Positions 9,306-21,300 of a stretch of 64,000 nt of DNA are shown one piece after another. The position numbers and the translations under genes were made by a program. The notes beneath the pieces were generated by a model. It searched no databases and was not told the DNA's origin. It worked only from the letters and a program-made list of their open reading frames with translations. Position 1 is the first letter of the stretch, and each line of letters opens with the position of its first letter. This DNA is from Longimicrobiales bacterium (lineage in GTDB: Bacteria; Gemmatimonadota; Gemmatimonadetes; Longimicrobiales; Gaopeijiaceae), in NCBI GenBank assembly GCA_965202805.1, contig OZ241869.1:640001-704000 (forward strand). Direction: 5' to 3'.

Positions 9306-9426
9306 CAACGTGGCTCCCGTTTGGCACTCTCGTGACGTCGCCCCAGGGGCTGGGGAGGGAGGTGACAGCGCGGCCTACGCCCGAAAACGCTAGATTGGAA
9401 CCGCACTGCAACCCGGTGACCGCGTT

Positions 9427-9612
9427 GTGTCGGGGGACGCGGGACGCTGGATGCAGTATCGCTACAAGGTGGATGGCACCATAACCGGGCCGCGGTATCA
9501 CGTGTTCCGTGAAGCGGCGTTGCGTCAGGCCGCGAGGCTTGCCAACCATGAGGGCGTCCGGTTGTTCGTTTGGGAGAAACCAGACAACGGCACTTGTGGC
9601 AGAAAGGGGTGA
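9427..9612 (+). CDS. Small hypothetical protein, possibly DUF2188-like
   Basis: ...REAALRQAARLANHEGVRLFVWEKPDNG resembles the DUF2188 helix-strand pattern; stop lies 4 nt before the TBDR start. Alternative start at 9451. Confidence 0.35.
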   Translation: MSGDAGRWMQYRYKVDGTITGPRYHVFREAALRQAARLANHEGVRLFVWEKPDNGTCGRKG

Positions 9613-9616
9613 TTCC

Positions 9617-12124
9617 ATGAACGCAACGGTATTTCTCCGTTCATTCTTCCGTCCCACTTCACTCGTCGCCGCGGCGGTCCTTTCTATTCCCGCTACAACC
9701 GGCTCGACCTCGGCCCAGGAACCGCCGGACACGGTCTTCGAGGTCGAAGAGATCCAGGTGGTGGTGGGTTCGCGGGCGGGTGTCGCGGATCCCGCAACGC
9801 TTCCCGTCCCAGTGGACATCTACGGCGCCGAGGAGATCGCGCGCCTGGGGGAGATCGACCTGGCCGAAGTGCTTGGAAACATCGCACCGTCGTTCAACTC
9901 CACTCGCTTGTCCGCCGGTGATGGCGCGGCGCTTCACGTAGCCACGCTACGCGGTATGAACGGCGACCAGGTGCTCGTCCTGGTCAACGGCAAGCGGCGG
10001 CACGGGGTAGCGTTTGCGAAGGTGCTGGCGACGGCTGGACAGGGGACGACCGGTACGGACCTTCGCGCGATTCCCGTGCAGGCGATCAAGCGCATCGAGG
10101 TGCTGCGAGAGGGGGCGGCTTCGCAGTACGGCTCGGACGCCATCGCCGGTGTCATCAACATCGTGCTCAAGGACGACGCGAGCGGTATCAGCGCCTCGAC
10201 CCTCCTCGGTCGCACGTCACGCGGGGATGGCATGAGACTGATCACTTCGGCCAACGCCGGGGTTCCGCTCGGAGACGGCTTCCTCAACGTCACGATGGAG
10301 GTCGCCAGGCAGGAGGTGACCAACCGGGCGGGTGCGGCACCGACCTGCTTCGGATCCGATCCGTCCTACGGCCCCTGCGCGGACGGAGGGAAGGTGATCC
10401 AACTGCAAAGGAACGGCGAACCCGATTACCAGGGTGCGGGCTTCATGGCCAACGCGGCAGTGCCCTTCGGAGAGACAGCCGAGTTCTATGCCTTCGGAGG
10501 CTACTCGGGGCGCGAAGCGGTGTCCGACGGACTGTATCGCAAGGCTGACTGGGTGCCGCGTTCCGTCAGCCACGTCTACCCGGACGGTTTCTTCCCGATC
10601 GAGGAATCGGACCTTGCGGACAAGTCGGCTGTGGTGGGCATGCGTGGCGACATGGGCGACTGGTCCGGCGATCTCAGTCTCGGGTTCGGACACGGCCGGT
10701 TCGCCTTCGGTGCCGCGAATTCGATCAACCCGTCCTACGCAGCCGAGTTTCTGGCGAAGAACCCGGGGGCCGACGGTGCCTCCATCGCTGCCAACGCCGG
10801 ACCCCGCAACACCTTCAGCGGAGGTCTGAATGTGCGCCAGTGGACGCTGAACGCCGACGCCACGCGGGAAGTGGAAGTGGGTTCGACCCCGGCGTTCCTG
10901 GGAATCGGAGGCGCTTTCCGGCGGGATTCGTACTGGATGGAAGCCGGCGACCGCGCTTCCTGGGCGTGTGGGCCGAGCGATACGCCCGGCAGCTTTCCGG
11001 CCGCCCATCAACAGAACGACGGGACCGTCTACGCCAGCTGCGGGATACAGGGCTATCCGGGCTACAGCCCGACCTCCGCTTCGCTGAGCGAACAGGATCG
11101 CAACAGCTTCGGTGTGTACGCGGACATGGAGTTGCGCGCGTCGGGGGGCCGGACCCTGAGCGGCGCCCTTCGGTTCGAGCACTATACCGACGCCGGAAGC
11201 TCGCTTACCGGCAAGGTGGCAGGCCGGATCGGGTTGGGCGAATCGGGCGCTGCGCTACGCGGAGCCGTCTCCACCGGTTTCCGTGCACCGCGCCTTCCCC
11301 AGCGGGGTTTCAACACCATTGGCTTCGTGGGCGGCAGCGAGGGTCTGGTGAGCGCCGGCTTTCTGCCCGAAGGCGATCCCATAGCGTGCGCCGACTTCGG
11401 GGCGTGCTCGCTGAGGCATGAGACATCGCTGAGCTTCACCGGCGGGTTCGTCTATTCCAACGACGCTGGCTTGCTGGTGACGGCAGACTACTACCGGGTC
11501 GCCGTGGCCGACGCGATCGCCCTGACCCAGAGCCTCAATCCGAGTCACGGGCTTGGTCCCGGCGCCCGGTTCCAGGGCCGCCCGGTGGAGGCCGTGGCGT
11601 TCTGGACCAACGCGATCGACACGCGCACGCAGGGATTCGACCTGGTCGCGAGCTGGCGCTTCCGTGGCATGAACTGGGGGGCGGCGGATCTGTCGGCAGG
11701 CTTTCACCGCAACAGCACCGGGATCACCGCGAACCGGAACGAGAACTTCATCGGTGCCACACAGCAGACCATCATCGAGGAGGCGCAGCCCGGACGGCGA
11801 ATCGGGGTCAGCGCGGATATACGTTCCGCGCGAGGTCTCGGTGCGAGATTCGGCCTGAACCATATCGGTTCGGTCACCACCCCGTTCATCTTCGAGCAGA
11901 ACGTCACGATCGACGCGGCGGCGATCGCCGACTTGGAAGTTACCTTTCAGGTGGCCGATCGCATCCAAGTCGGCGTCGGGGTCAGCAACCTGCTGGACCG
12001 GCTGCCGAACCGGCTCCCAGACGACTCCGTGGCCCAGCTTTGGGCGATGGAGTACCCGTCCGAGTCTCCCTACGGAGTCGCAGGACGGATCTGGTACACG
12101 CGGTTCAACGTCGTCGGAAACTGA
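9617..12124 (+). CDS. TonB-dependent receptor
   Basis: Signal peptide, TonB-box-like EEIQVVVGSR, plug motifs LRG...VLVLVNGKR and IEVLREGAASQYGSDAIAGVINI, barrel-type C-terminus; RBS AAAGGGG before ATG 9617. Confidence 0.92.
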   Translation: MNATVFLRSFFRPTSLVAAAVLSIPATTGSTSAQEPPDTVFEVEEIQVVVGSRAGVADPATLPVPVDIYGAEEIARLGEIDLAEVLGNIAPSFNSTRLSAGDGAALHVATLRGMNGDQVLVLVNGKRRHGVAFAKVLATAGQGTTGTDLRAIPVQAIKRIEVLREGAASQYGSDAIAGVINIVLKDDASGISASTLLGRTSRGDGMRLITSANAGVPLGDGFLNVTMEVARQEVTNRAGAAPTCFGSDPSYGPCADGGKVIQLQRNGEPDYQGAGFMANAAVPFGETAEFYAFGGYSGREAVSDGLYRKADWVPRSVSHVYPDGFFPIEESDLADKSAVVGMRGDMGDWSGDLSLGFGHGRFAFGAANSINPSYAAEFLAKNPGADGASIAANAGPRNTFSGGLNVRQWTLNADATREVEVGSTPAFLGIGGAFRRDSYWMEAGDRASWACGPSDTPGSFPAAHQQNDGTVYASCGIQGYPGYSPTSASLSEQDRNSFGVYADMELRASGGRTLSGALRFEHYTDAGSSLTGKVAGRIGLGESGAALRGAVSTGFRAPRLPQRGFNTIGFVGGSEGLVSAGFLPEGDPIACADFGACSLRHETSLSFTGGFVYSNDAGLLVTADYYRVAVADAIALTQSLNPSHGLGPGARFQGRPVEAVAFWTNAIDTRTQGFDLVASWRFRGMNWGAADLSAGFHRNSTGITANRNENFIGATQQTIIEEAQPGRRIGVSADIRSARGLGARFGLNHIGSVTTPFIFEQNVTIDAAAIADLEVTFQVADRIQVGVGVSNLLDRLPNRLPDDSVAQLWAMEYPSESPYGVAGRIWYTRFNVVGN

Positions 12125-12337
12125 ACGCGTCCCCACTATCACCGGCGTGAGGCGCGGGCCGGGGGCGGATCCTCTGGACTTGGGCCCGACGGCCAGAAAT
12201 AATCGCCGAAATCTCGCCCGGACGGTCTGATTCCTCGCCAATAAATCGGATTGGATCCGTTATTTTGGGCGGGATTGCGTTCCCCGCATCCGCCAGTGGA
12301 TACGCCATGCGAAAATCCTGGGGCTACAGGAAATTTG

Positions 12338-15300
12338 ATGAGCGCAGACGGGCATTCCAGGTCTTCTGAAAAAACTCAAACCGGGGCACCTGAGGGCTTC
12401 CTGCCTGGAGAACCCATAGCCATCGTCGGCATGGCCTGCCGGTTCCCGGGAAGCGAAAGGCTTTCCGATTTCTGGCAGCAACTGATCACCGGCGAAAACC
12501 TGGTAGTCGAGGGTCCACCCGGTTCCGTCGTCGGGCGCGCAGGCAGGCTCTTTCCGGACTCCGACGCCAAAAACGATGCCGTCCGCTTCGGCGCGTTCGT
12601 CGAAGATATAGATCTGTTCGACGCGGAATTCTTCCGCATGTCCCCTATCGAGGCCCAGATGCTCGATCCCCAGCAGCGCATGATGCTGGAGACGAGTTGG
12701 AAGGCTCTCGAAGACGCAGCGATTGACCCCGAGAGTCTTAAAGGCAGCCGCACCGGGGTCTATGCCGGCATCAGCAACAACGACTACCGGAACATGGTGA
12801 TTAACGCCCCGGAAACCGTTGAACCTGCGGGCGGTCTCTACGCCGTCACCGGCACCGCTCTCAACACCGCCATCGGCAGGGTTTCCTTTGCCTTTGGTCT
12901 GGAGGGGCCGTCCATGGCGATAGACACGGCCTGCTCATCGTCTCTGGTCGCCATCCATCAGGCTGTGGGGGGCCTACAACGCCGCGAGACGGATCTGGCA
13001 CTTGCCGGCGGCGTCCATATCTTCCTCGCCGGACGACCTCTGGAGTTGCGCGCGAATGCGGGAATGCTTTCACCAGAGGGACAGTGCAAAACCTTCGACG
13101 CCTCAGCCGACGGCTTCGTCTGCGGGGAGGGCTGCGGCTTGCTGGCTCTCAAGCGCCTCAGCGAGGCGCAAGCTGACGGTGATCGCATCTGGGCCGTCAT
13201 CCGGGGTTCCTCGGTCAATCAGGACGGCGCCAGTCAGGGCCTGACGGTGCCCAGCGGCCACTCTCAGGAACGGGCCATGGAAGAGGCTCTTGCCCGCGCA
13301 GGTGCTTCCCCCTCGGAGATAGACTATCTGGAGGCACACGGCACCGGCACGGTGGTCGGCGACCCGATAGAAGTGACTGCTGCTGCCGCGGTTTATGGAC
13401 ATGGGCGCGGAGCAGAGCATCCCCTTCTGATCGGTTCCGTCAAGACCAACATCGGACATCTGGGGCCCGCCGCGGGCGTTGCAGGCCTGATCAAAACCGT
13501 TCTGTCGATGAAGCACGGGGTGATTCCGCGGCATCTGAACTTCAAGAACCCGAACCCCCGTCTGGATTGGGACAACCTGCCCGTGCGCGTGACCGATGTC
13601 ATGATGGATTGGCCTCGCCATCCCGGCAAGCCTCTACTGGCTGGCGTGAATTCCTTCGGCTGGTCCGGAACGAACGTCCACATGGTGGTGGAAGGCTACG
13701 GAGAGCCGGAGGCTGATGCCGCCTTCGCAAGAATGTCCTCCCCGGTTGGCGCTTCATTGCCCGTCGCCATATCTCCACGCTTCGAGGAGAAACCCGGTGG
13801 GCGGGAAACCCGCTTCCTTCCTGTTTCAGCCAAGTCTCGCCAGGCACTTCGGGACACGGCCTCGCGTTATCTGTCCTGGCTCGATGAGCGCGTCGAAGAG
13901 CTTTCACCCGAATCCACAGCGGCCGACCCGACCCTTTCGGACATGGCCTGGACGGTCGCTATCGGAAGGAGTCATTTCACTCATCGCGCCGGTATCGTGT
14001 TCAGCGACCTCGCCGGATTGCGAGAAAAACTGGAGGCTCTGGCGGAGGGAGAAGGTCCGGAAGACGGTCCGGCGCAGCAGGCGAAGAGGGTGGCCTTTGT
14101 GTTTACGGGACAGGCCAGCCAATGGGTGGGCATGGGCCGGGCACTATACGAGAGGGAACCCGTGTTCCGCTCGGTCCTCGACCGCTGTGACCAACTGCTC
14201 CTGGAAGAGCGGGGCGTCTCGTTGCTGGATGTAATGTTCGGGCGGGGGGGAACCGACGGCCTGCTGGACGAGGCGGCCTGGACCCAACCCGCCATCTATT
14301 CACTGGAATGCGCTCTCGTGGCTCTTTGGGAGAGCGTGGGCGTAAAGCCGAACGCCTTGGTGGGCCACAGCCTGGGAGAGATAGCGGCGGCGCAGGCGGC
14401 TGGAGTCTTTACCCTGGAGGAGGGCCTGCGCTGCGCTGCAGTCCGGGGGGCGCTGATGGGCGCCACGCGCAGCGATGGCGCCATGGCCGCCGTGTTCGCA
14501 CCCGCCTCTCGCGTCGCGTCCATCGTGACCGAGCACAACGCCGCCTCGGACGACCTGGGGTTGAGCATCGCCGCAGACAACGGACTCCAGCAAGTCGTCA
14601 GTGGCCCTGCAAAGGATATCGAGGCGCTGCAGGATATTTTCGAGGCCGAAGGCATCAAGGTGGCGCGATTGAGGCGGAGCCCCGCTTATCACAGCGCCCT
14701 GGTGGAGCCCGCTCTGGATGATCTCGAATCTGCCGTCAGGGGTATCGCGCCCGCTCCTCCACCCCCCTCCGTGCCTCTGGTGAGCAACATTACCGGACAT
14801 CTGCTGGATGAAAACGCACGGATGGATGCCGCATACTGGCGACGGCATGCGCGTGAGCCGGTGGCCTTCCGCCAGTGTGTGGAGACCTTGGCGGAATTGG
14901 GCGTGGACGTCGTCGTGGAGATCGGTCCCCACGCCGTGCTCGGGCCGTTGGTTTCGATGACATGGCCGGAATCGGCACCCGCCGGGGGCCCGGTTGTCCT
15001 TCACAGCCTGCAACGTCCGCCGCGCGACGCCGAAGAGTCTGAGGCAGCCACCAGTGACGGCTTCGTAGAGGCGACCGCCGGAGCGTACGAGGCGGGTCTG
15101 GAGCTCGACTTCGTCGGTTTGTTCGCAGGTGAAACCCGGCGCCGGATATCGCTTCCCGGCTATCCCTTCCAGCGTGCCCGCCACTGGGTACGGACGTCGA
15201 AGCCCCGTCGACAGGCAGCTGGACATCCGCTCCTCGGTGCACGGCATGAGTCGCCCCGAGGCGAGATGACTTACGAAACGGTGGTGTTCCGCACCGATCC

Positions 15301-18300
15301 CGCCTGGATGGTGGATCACCTGGTGTATGAACGCGTGGTCGCTCCCGGGGGACTCTATGGCGCGATGGCCGTTTGTGTGTCACTGGCCAACGGGAACGGT
15401 CCGGCGATCGTGGAAGACATGCAGATGCACAACGCCCTTGTTTTCGAGGAAGAAGACGCCGATGACGGGGCGGACGACGCTGGCCGAAAACTGCAGTTCG
15501 TTCTGGACGGCCCCGGTGACGCCCTGGCGCGTCGTTTCGAAATCTTCAGCAAAGGGGAAACGGAGGAGAGTTGGACCCTCCACGCCGGAGGAAAACTCTT
15601 CTCGGGCGCGCCGAACCTCGAAGAAGGCGACTCCCTGGATCTGGATGAACTAAAGGCCAGACTGGTGCCCCGGGATACGGCGAAGTTCTACCGGATGCGT
15701 TCCGCCGACGACATTTATCTCGGTCCCTCCTATCATACGGTCAAGGCCGTCTGGGCCAGGGAGGGCGAGGCCCTGGGCGAACTCGTCCTCAAGGAATCCG
15801 TGGATGCGAACGGCATGGAAATGCATCCCCTTCTCCTGGATGGCTGTTTCCAGGTCTTTTCGATGTCGCGCTATCTCACTGGAGTCGAGCACGTTGAAGT
15901 CTACATGCCTTTCGGATGGGAACGCCTGTGGGTGTCGGGCCCAATGCCGGAGCGGATAATCTGCCACGCCGTTTTGAGGAATCCCGCATCGGAAAACGTG
16001 GCAAACACGACATCGAACGCGCCGCCCGAAGTCGTGACCGGAGACGTTCGGTTCTATTCGACGGACGGCGCCCCGATTGGCGGCTTACTCGGCTATACTG
16101 TCAAGCGGGCGACTCGAACCGCACTTCTCTCCGCCAAAGAGGGCCTCAAGGATCTGCTCTACGAGGTTGACTGGCGGGAGAAGCCCCTGAGCAGGGGCAT
16201 GCCTCCTACGGATTTTCTGGCTGACCCCGCAGCGGTTGCGAGTCGGTCGCGGTCATTCGCCGACTACCTGGCGGATGAAGGCGTCGAAGCCCCGGAGAGG
16301 AGCGCTTTCCTGAGAGACCTCGAGCGGTTGTCCCGGGCATACGCCCTTGCGGCGCTTGAACGACTGGGGTGGGAGCGCAATGCGGGAGCAACGATCAAGC
16401 CGGAAGGTCTTCGCCGTGAGCTCAAAATCGTTGACGAACACCAACGCCTGTTCGGTCGGCTTCTCCACATGCTGTCCGATGCTGGTGTCCTGGCTCCTGT
16501 TGACGAGGAATTCGTGGTCGAAGCCGGAGCGGGGGAACCGCTCCCGGACGAGTCCTTTGCGAACCCTGGAACCTTCGTCGAGCAACTCGCCGGTCGGCAT
16601 CCTCACGGGGCCAGCGAACTCGGTCTTCTGCGCCGATGCGGTTCGGCTCTTGCAGAAGTATTGCAGGGCCGCGCCGACCCTCTGCCCTTGCTGTTCAGCG
16701 AAGAGGGGCCTGGTGCTGCGGATTTATACCGGAAGGCCCCTGCGTCACGGGCCGCGAATCGAATGCTGGGAGATGCGGTGGCGGCCGCCGTGTCCGCTCT
16801 TCCCGCGGATCGGCGGCTGCGGGTGCTCGAAGTCGGCGCGGGAACCGGGTCGGCGACGGCGGCTATCCTCCCGCTCCTGCCTGACGGGCGGTTCGAGTAT
16901 ACCTTCACGGATATCTCGGCAGGCTTCTTTGCCCAGGCCGAAGAGCATTTCGAGATAACCGGCGCATCCATCGAATACCAACCCCTTGACATCGAAGCCG
17001 ACCCCGTATCCCAGGGCTTCGATTCACACGGCTACGACCTCGTGATTGCCGCGAACGTGCTCCACGCCACACGCGACCTTGGAGAGACGCTCGTTCACTG
17101 CCGGGACCTCCTGGCTCCATCCGGCCAGTTGATAGCCCTGGAAGGACTGCAGCGCCGGGCCTGGCAGGATCTGACATTCGGACTCCTGGACGGGTGGTGG
17201 CGCTTCGATGATGCCTACCGGCCCGACCATGCCCTGGCAGACCCGGTCGTATGGCATCGCGCCCTGAGCGACGCCGGTTTCTCCGATGTCGAGTTTCTCG
17301 GACCCGCGAATGCCGATTCCGGCGAAATTCTGGGTTCGAGCGCAATAATCGCCCGCGGACCGGAGGAAGTCGACCCCGCCCCAGGGGTTTGGGTTATCGC
17401 GTCTGACGAGGACGGAACGGCGGCGAAGCTGGCGGTTGATCTCGCCTTACGAAATCAAATCGTGTTCATCGCCGGTGGAGAGCGAGAGTATCACGAGGTA
17501 CCGGATGAAGGCGCAGGCGTTACTACGGCGACTTTGGACCCGAAGCAGCGAGAATCCTGGCGCTCCCTCCTGGAGGGATTGCCCGGGGATGCGCCGCTTA
17601 AGGGGGTAGTGCACCTCATGGCGCTTGATGGGCACGGTGCGGCGGCGACCACTCAGGAAATGGAGGAGGATGTAACACGGGCCGCGTCCACTGCTTTGGC
17701 CCTTGTGCAGGGCATGAGCGATGTCGGCGCGACTCCAGCCGACGGCGTCTGGTTCATTACCCGGGGCGCGCAAGTCCTGGATCAGGATTACCTTTCCCGA
17801 GTATCCGGGGAACTTGCCGGCGCGACCTTGTGGGGCCTCGGAAAGGTCTTGGCTCTGGAAGCAGCCCACTTGCAGCCGAGATTGATCGACCTGGATCCTG
17901 CTCCGGGGGAGACGGCAACATCCAGCCTCATCGATGAACTCCTGTCTCCCGACCCTGAGACCCACATCGCCTATCGGGGAGGCTCCCGCCATGCCGCCCG
18001 CCTGATTCGCTGCGGCGCTGACGACACAAGGTTCGCCTTACCGGAAGACGCGGAGTGGTGCATCGGCTCTGACGACCCGGAAGCCGGATTGGCGGCGCTC
18101 CGGGCGAAGCCTCGGCCCGGAAGCGCTCTCGAACCCGGCGAGGTCCGAGTCGCCGTGGAAGCGGTGGGGCTCAACTTCGCCGACATGCTCAAGAGCATGG
18201 GAGCAGTTCCGTACGACCGGGAAATAGGCCGCGAGATGTACGGACGAGTGCTGGAAACAGCCCAGGATGTCGAAGGCCTTTCGGTCGGCGACCAGGTCGT

Positions 18301-21300
18301 CGGGATCGGGTTCGGCTCATTCTCACCCGAGATCGTCACCCGGGCGGTCATGACGGTTCCCGTTCCCGCCGGGTTCTCCCCGCCCGCCCTCGCCACCGTA
18401 CCCATCTGCTTCGTTACTGCCGAACTTGCTTTCGAGCTTGCAGGGCTCAAGAGCGGCGAGCGGGTGCTCATCCACGCCGGGGCCGGGGGAGTCGGCCTTG
18501 CCGCCATCCAGTTGGCCCACGCCGCTGGTGCGGAGGTGTTCGCAACCGCCAGCCTGCCCAAACAGAAGTTTCTCCGTTCTATGGGGGTGGAGCATGTGTA
18601 CGACAGCCGCACGACGGCGTTTGGGCAGGAGGTCCTCGAGGCCACGGGCGGCGAGGGTGTTCACGTGCTGCTGAACAGCCTCACCGGAGAGGGATTCATT
18701 GAGGCGAGCCTGTCTTGTCTCGGCACGGGCGGCCGCTTTGTGGAGATTTCGAAGCGGAGTATCCGGGGCGAGGAAGAAATGGCGACGTCACGTCCGGACG
18801 TCGCATATTCCATCCTGGATCTGGATGCCCTGAACTCGGATGACCCGGCACGTACCGGTGCTTCCCTTTCCCGGGTCATGGCGCGCCTCTCGGCAGGCGA
18901 ATTGACTCCTCTGCCCCATACCGTCTGGCCCCTTTCCGAGATCCGATCAGCGATGGAGGCAATGCGTGACGCCCGGCACATCGGCAAAAACGTATTCAGG
19001 ATGCCGTCCCTCGTCAGAAGCAATCTCCGAGAAGACCGCACGTACCTGGTAACCGGGGGCATGGGCGGGATCGGTTGCGCGGTCGCCCGCTGGCTGGCCG
19101 AAAACGGCGCGGGCACAATCGTCCTGAACGGCCGCCGGGACCCCGACCTCGCCACCGAAGAGGTGATCCGGGAGTTGCGGGAAAGCGGCGTTGACGTCCG
19201 GGTGGAAGTGGCCGACGTTACGGACCTCGCAGCCGTTGACGACATGCTCGCCCGAATCGATGAAGACTTGCCAACATTGGGCGGCGTCATACATAGCGTG
19301 GGCGTCCTCTCCGACGGCGTCATCGAGAACCAGACCTGGGAGCGGTTCGAGCAGGTCATGTGGCCCAAAGTGCTTGGAGCGTGGCATCTCCACCAGGCCA
19401 CCAGAACCAAAGACCTGGACATGTTTATCCTGTTTTCCAGTGTAACCGGCGTTGTGGGAAACTCGGGCCAGTCGAATCACGCCGCCGCCAACGCCTTCCT
19501 GGATCAACTCGCCGCCCACCGGCGCACCCTGGGCCTCCCCGGCCAGGCCATCGCCTGGGGCGCGTGGTCGGGTATCGGGGAAGCGGAGGAGCAAAGGAAG
19601 CGGATTGAGCGTCAACTGACATATGCCGGCGCGGGATGGCTTACGCCCCAGCAAGGCATGGAAGCCTTTGACTGGCTGGTCAGACAGGACGTTACCGCGC
19701 CCACCGTCACCATGGTGAACTGGTCCGTAGTCGCAAGAGGACTTGAAACTCATCCTCCATTCTTCGAAGACATCCTGGTCGCGACGAAGCCTGAAGACCG
19801 TGAGTCCGAAGACTCCGCCCCTTCCGCCAGCCTGTTGTCCCGGCTTCGGGATACTCCGGCTGCAGAGCAACAAAATCTCCTGGAGTCCTTCATACAGCAG
19901 GAGTTGCAGGCGGTGCTCCGGCTGTCTTCACCCCCATCAACGACGGTCAGCTTCTTCGATATGGGAATGGACTCCCTGATGGCCGTGGAGTTGCGGAACC
20001 GGCTGAACCGCGCTTTCGACGACGAGTATACGGCTTCGAATACAGTAGTGTTCGACTTTCCGGACATCACTGCTCTCGCGCGTCATCTGGCAGCCGAAAT
20101 CGGCGGGATCGGCGCCACGGCCGCGACCTTGAAGCCGCCGACCCTGAAACGGCAAAAACCCAGGCGCCGCGAGCATGATGGCGATGACATAGCAATCGTG
20201 GGCATGGCGTGCCGTTTCCCCGGCGCACCCGATCTGGCGGCTTTCTGGCGCCAGCTCGAAGCTGGAGAATCCGCAGTCATGGACGGGCGTCGGGACGCGG
20301 GTCCATGGAACGGGGCTCTCGGAGACCCCGGTGCCGAAGCACCCGTGCACCGCATCGGCGGTTTCGTTGACGGCCTGGATCTGTTCGACGCGGGGTTCTT
20401 CGACATTCTCCCCATTGAGGCGCGGACCATGGATCCGCAGCAGCGATTGCTGCTGGAAACCAGTTGGCAGGCGCTTGAGGATGCGGGCATGGACCCCGCC
20501 CGTCTCAAGGGCAGCCGCAGCGGCGTTTACTTTGGAATCGCCAACAGCGAGTACGGGCAACTGCTGAAAGACGACGTGCATGACGACTATTTCGGTAATT
20601 CAATGGGCGTGGCGGTGGGCCGGGTTTCGTTCATATACGGTATGGAGGGGCCGGCGATGCCGGTGGAACTCGCCTGCGCGTCTTCGCTGGTTTCGATACA
20701 TCATGCCGTCGTGAGTTTGCAGCGCGGCGAGACGGATATGGCCCTCGCGGGCGGCGTGAACGTCATACTCTCGGCGGAAAGCACCACCAGGATGGCGGAT
20801 TTCGGAATGTTGTCGCGCTCAGGCAGATGCTGGTCGTTCGATGCGGCCGCGGACGGTTACGTGCGCGGCGAGGGTTGCGGGGTGATCGTCTTGAAGCGGC
20901 TGACAGACGCGGAAGAGAATGGCGACAGAATCTGGGGGGTCATTCGCGGGTCGGCGACGAATCAAAACGGTGCGAGCGGGGATTTGGTGATGCCAAGCGG
21001 ACCAGCGCAGCGGCGGGTCATTGAAGAGGCGTTGACGCAGTCGAATCTGAAACCCTCGCAAGTCGATTATCTCGAAGCGCATGCGAACGGATCGGAAATG
21101 GGCGATGCGATAGAGGTTCAGGCGGCGGCGGCGGTATATGGAAACGGGCGCGAGCCGTGTCGTCCGCTACTTCTCGGCACCGTCAAGACGAACATCGGCC
21201 ATCTGGAATCGGCGGCGGGGGTCGCCGGCCTGATCAAGGTAATGCTCTCGATAAAGCACGGGATGATTCCCAAACACCTTAATTTCGAGAACCCGAATCC

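Larger units (their letters stand above)
8589..9310. repeat. Direct repeat copy 2 (entire vapBC module plus operator)
   Basis: ~98% identical to 109..830. Confidence 0.97.

Noticed and set aside
9311..9616. Cobalamin or TPP riboswitch upstream of the TonB receptor
   Set aside because: No recognisable B12-box or TPP (CTGAGA) core; an Infernal/Rfam scan would be needed to exclude it fully.
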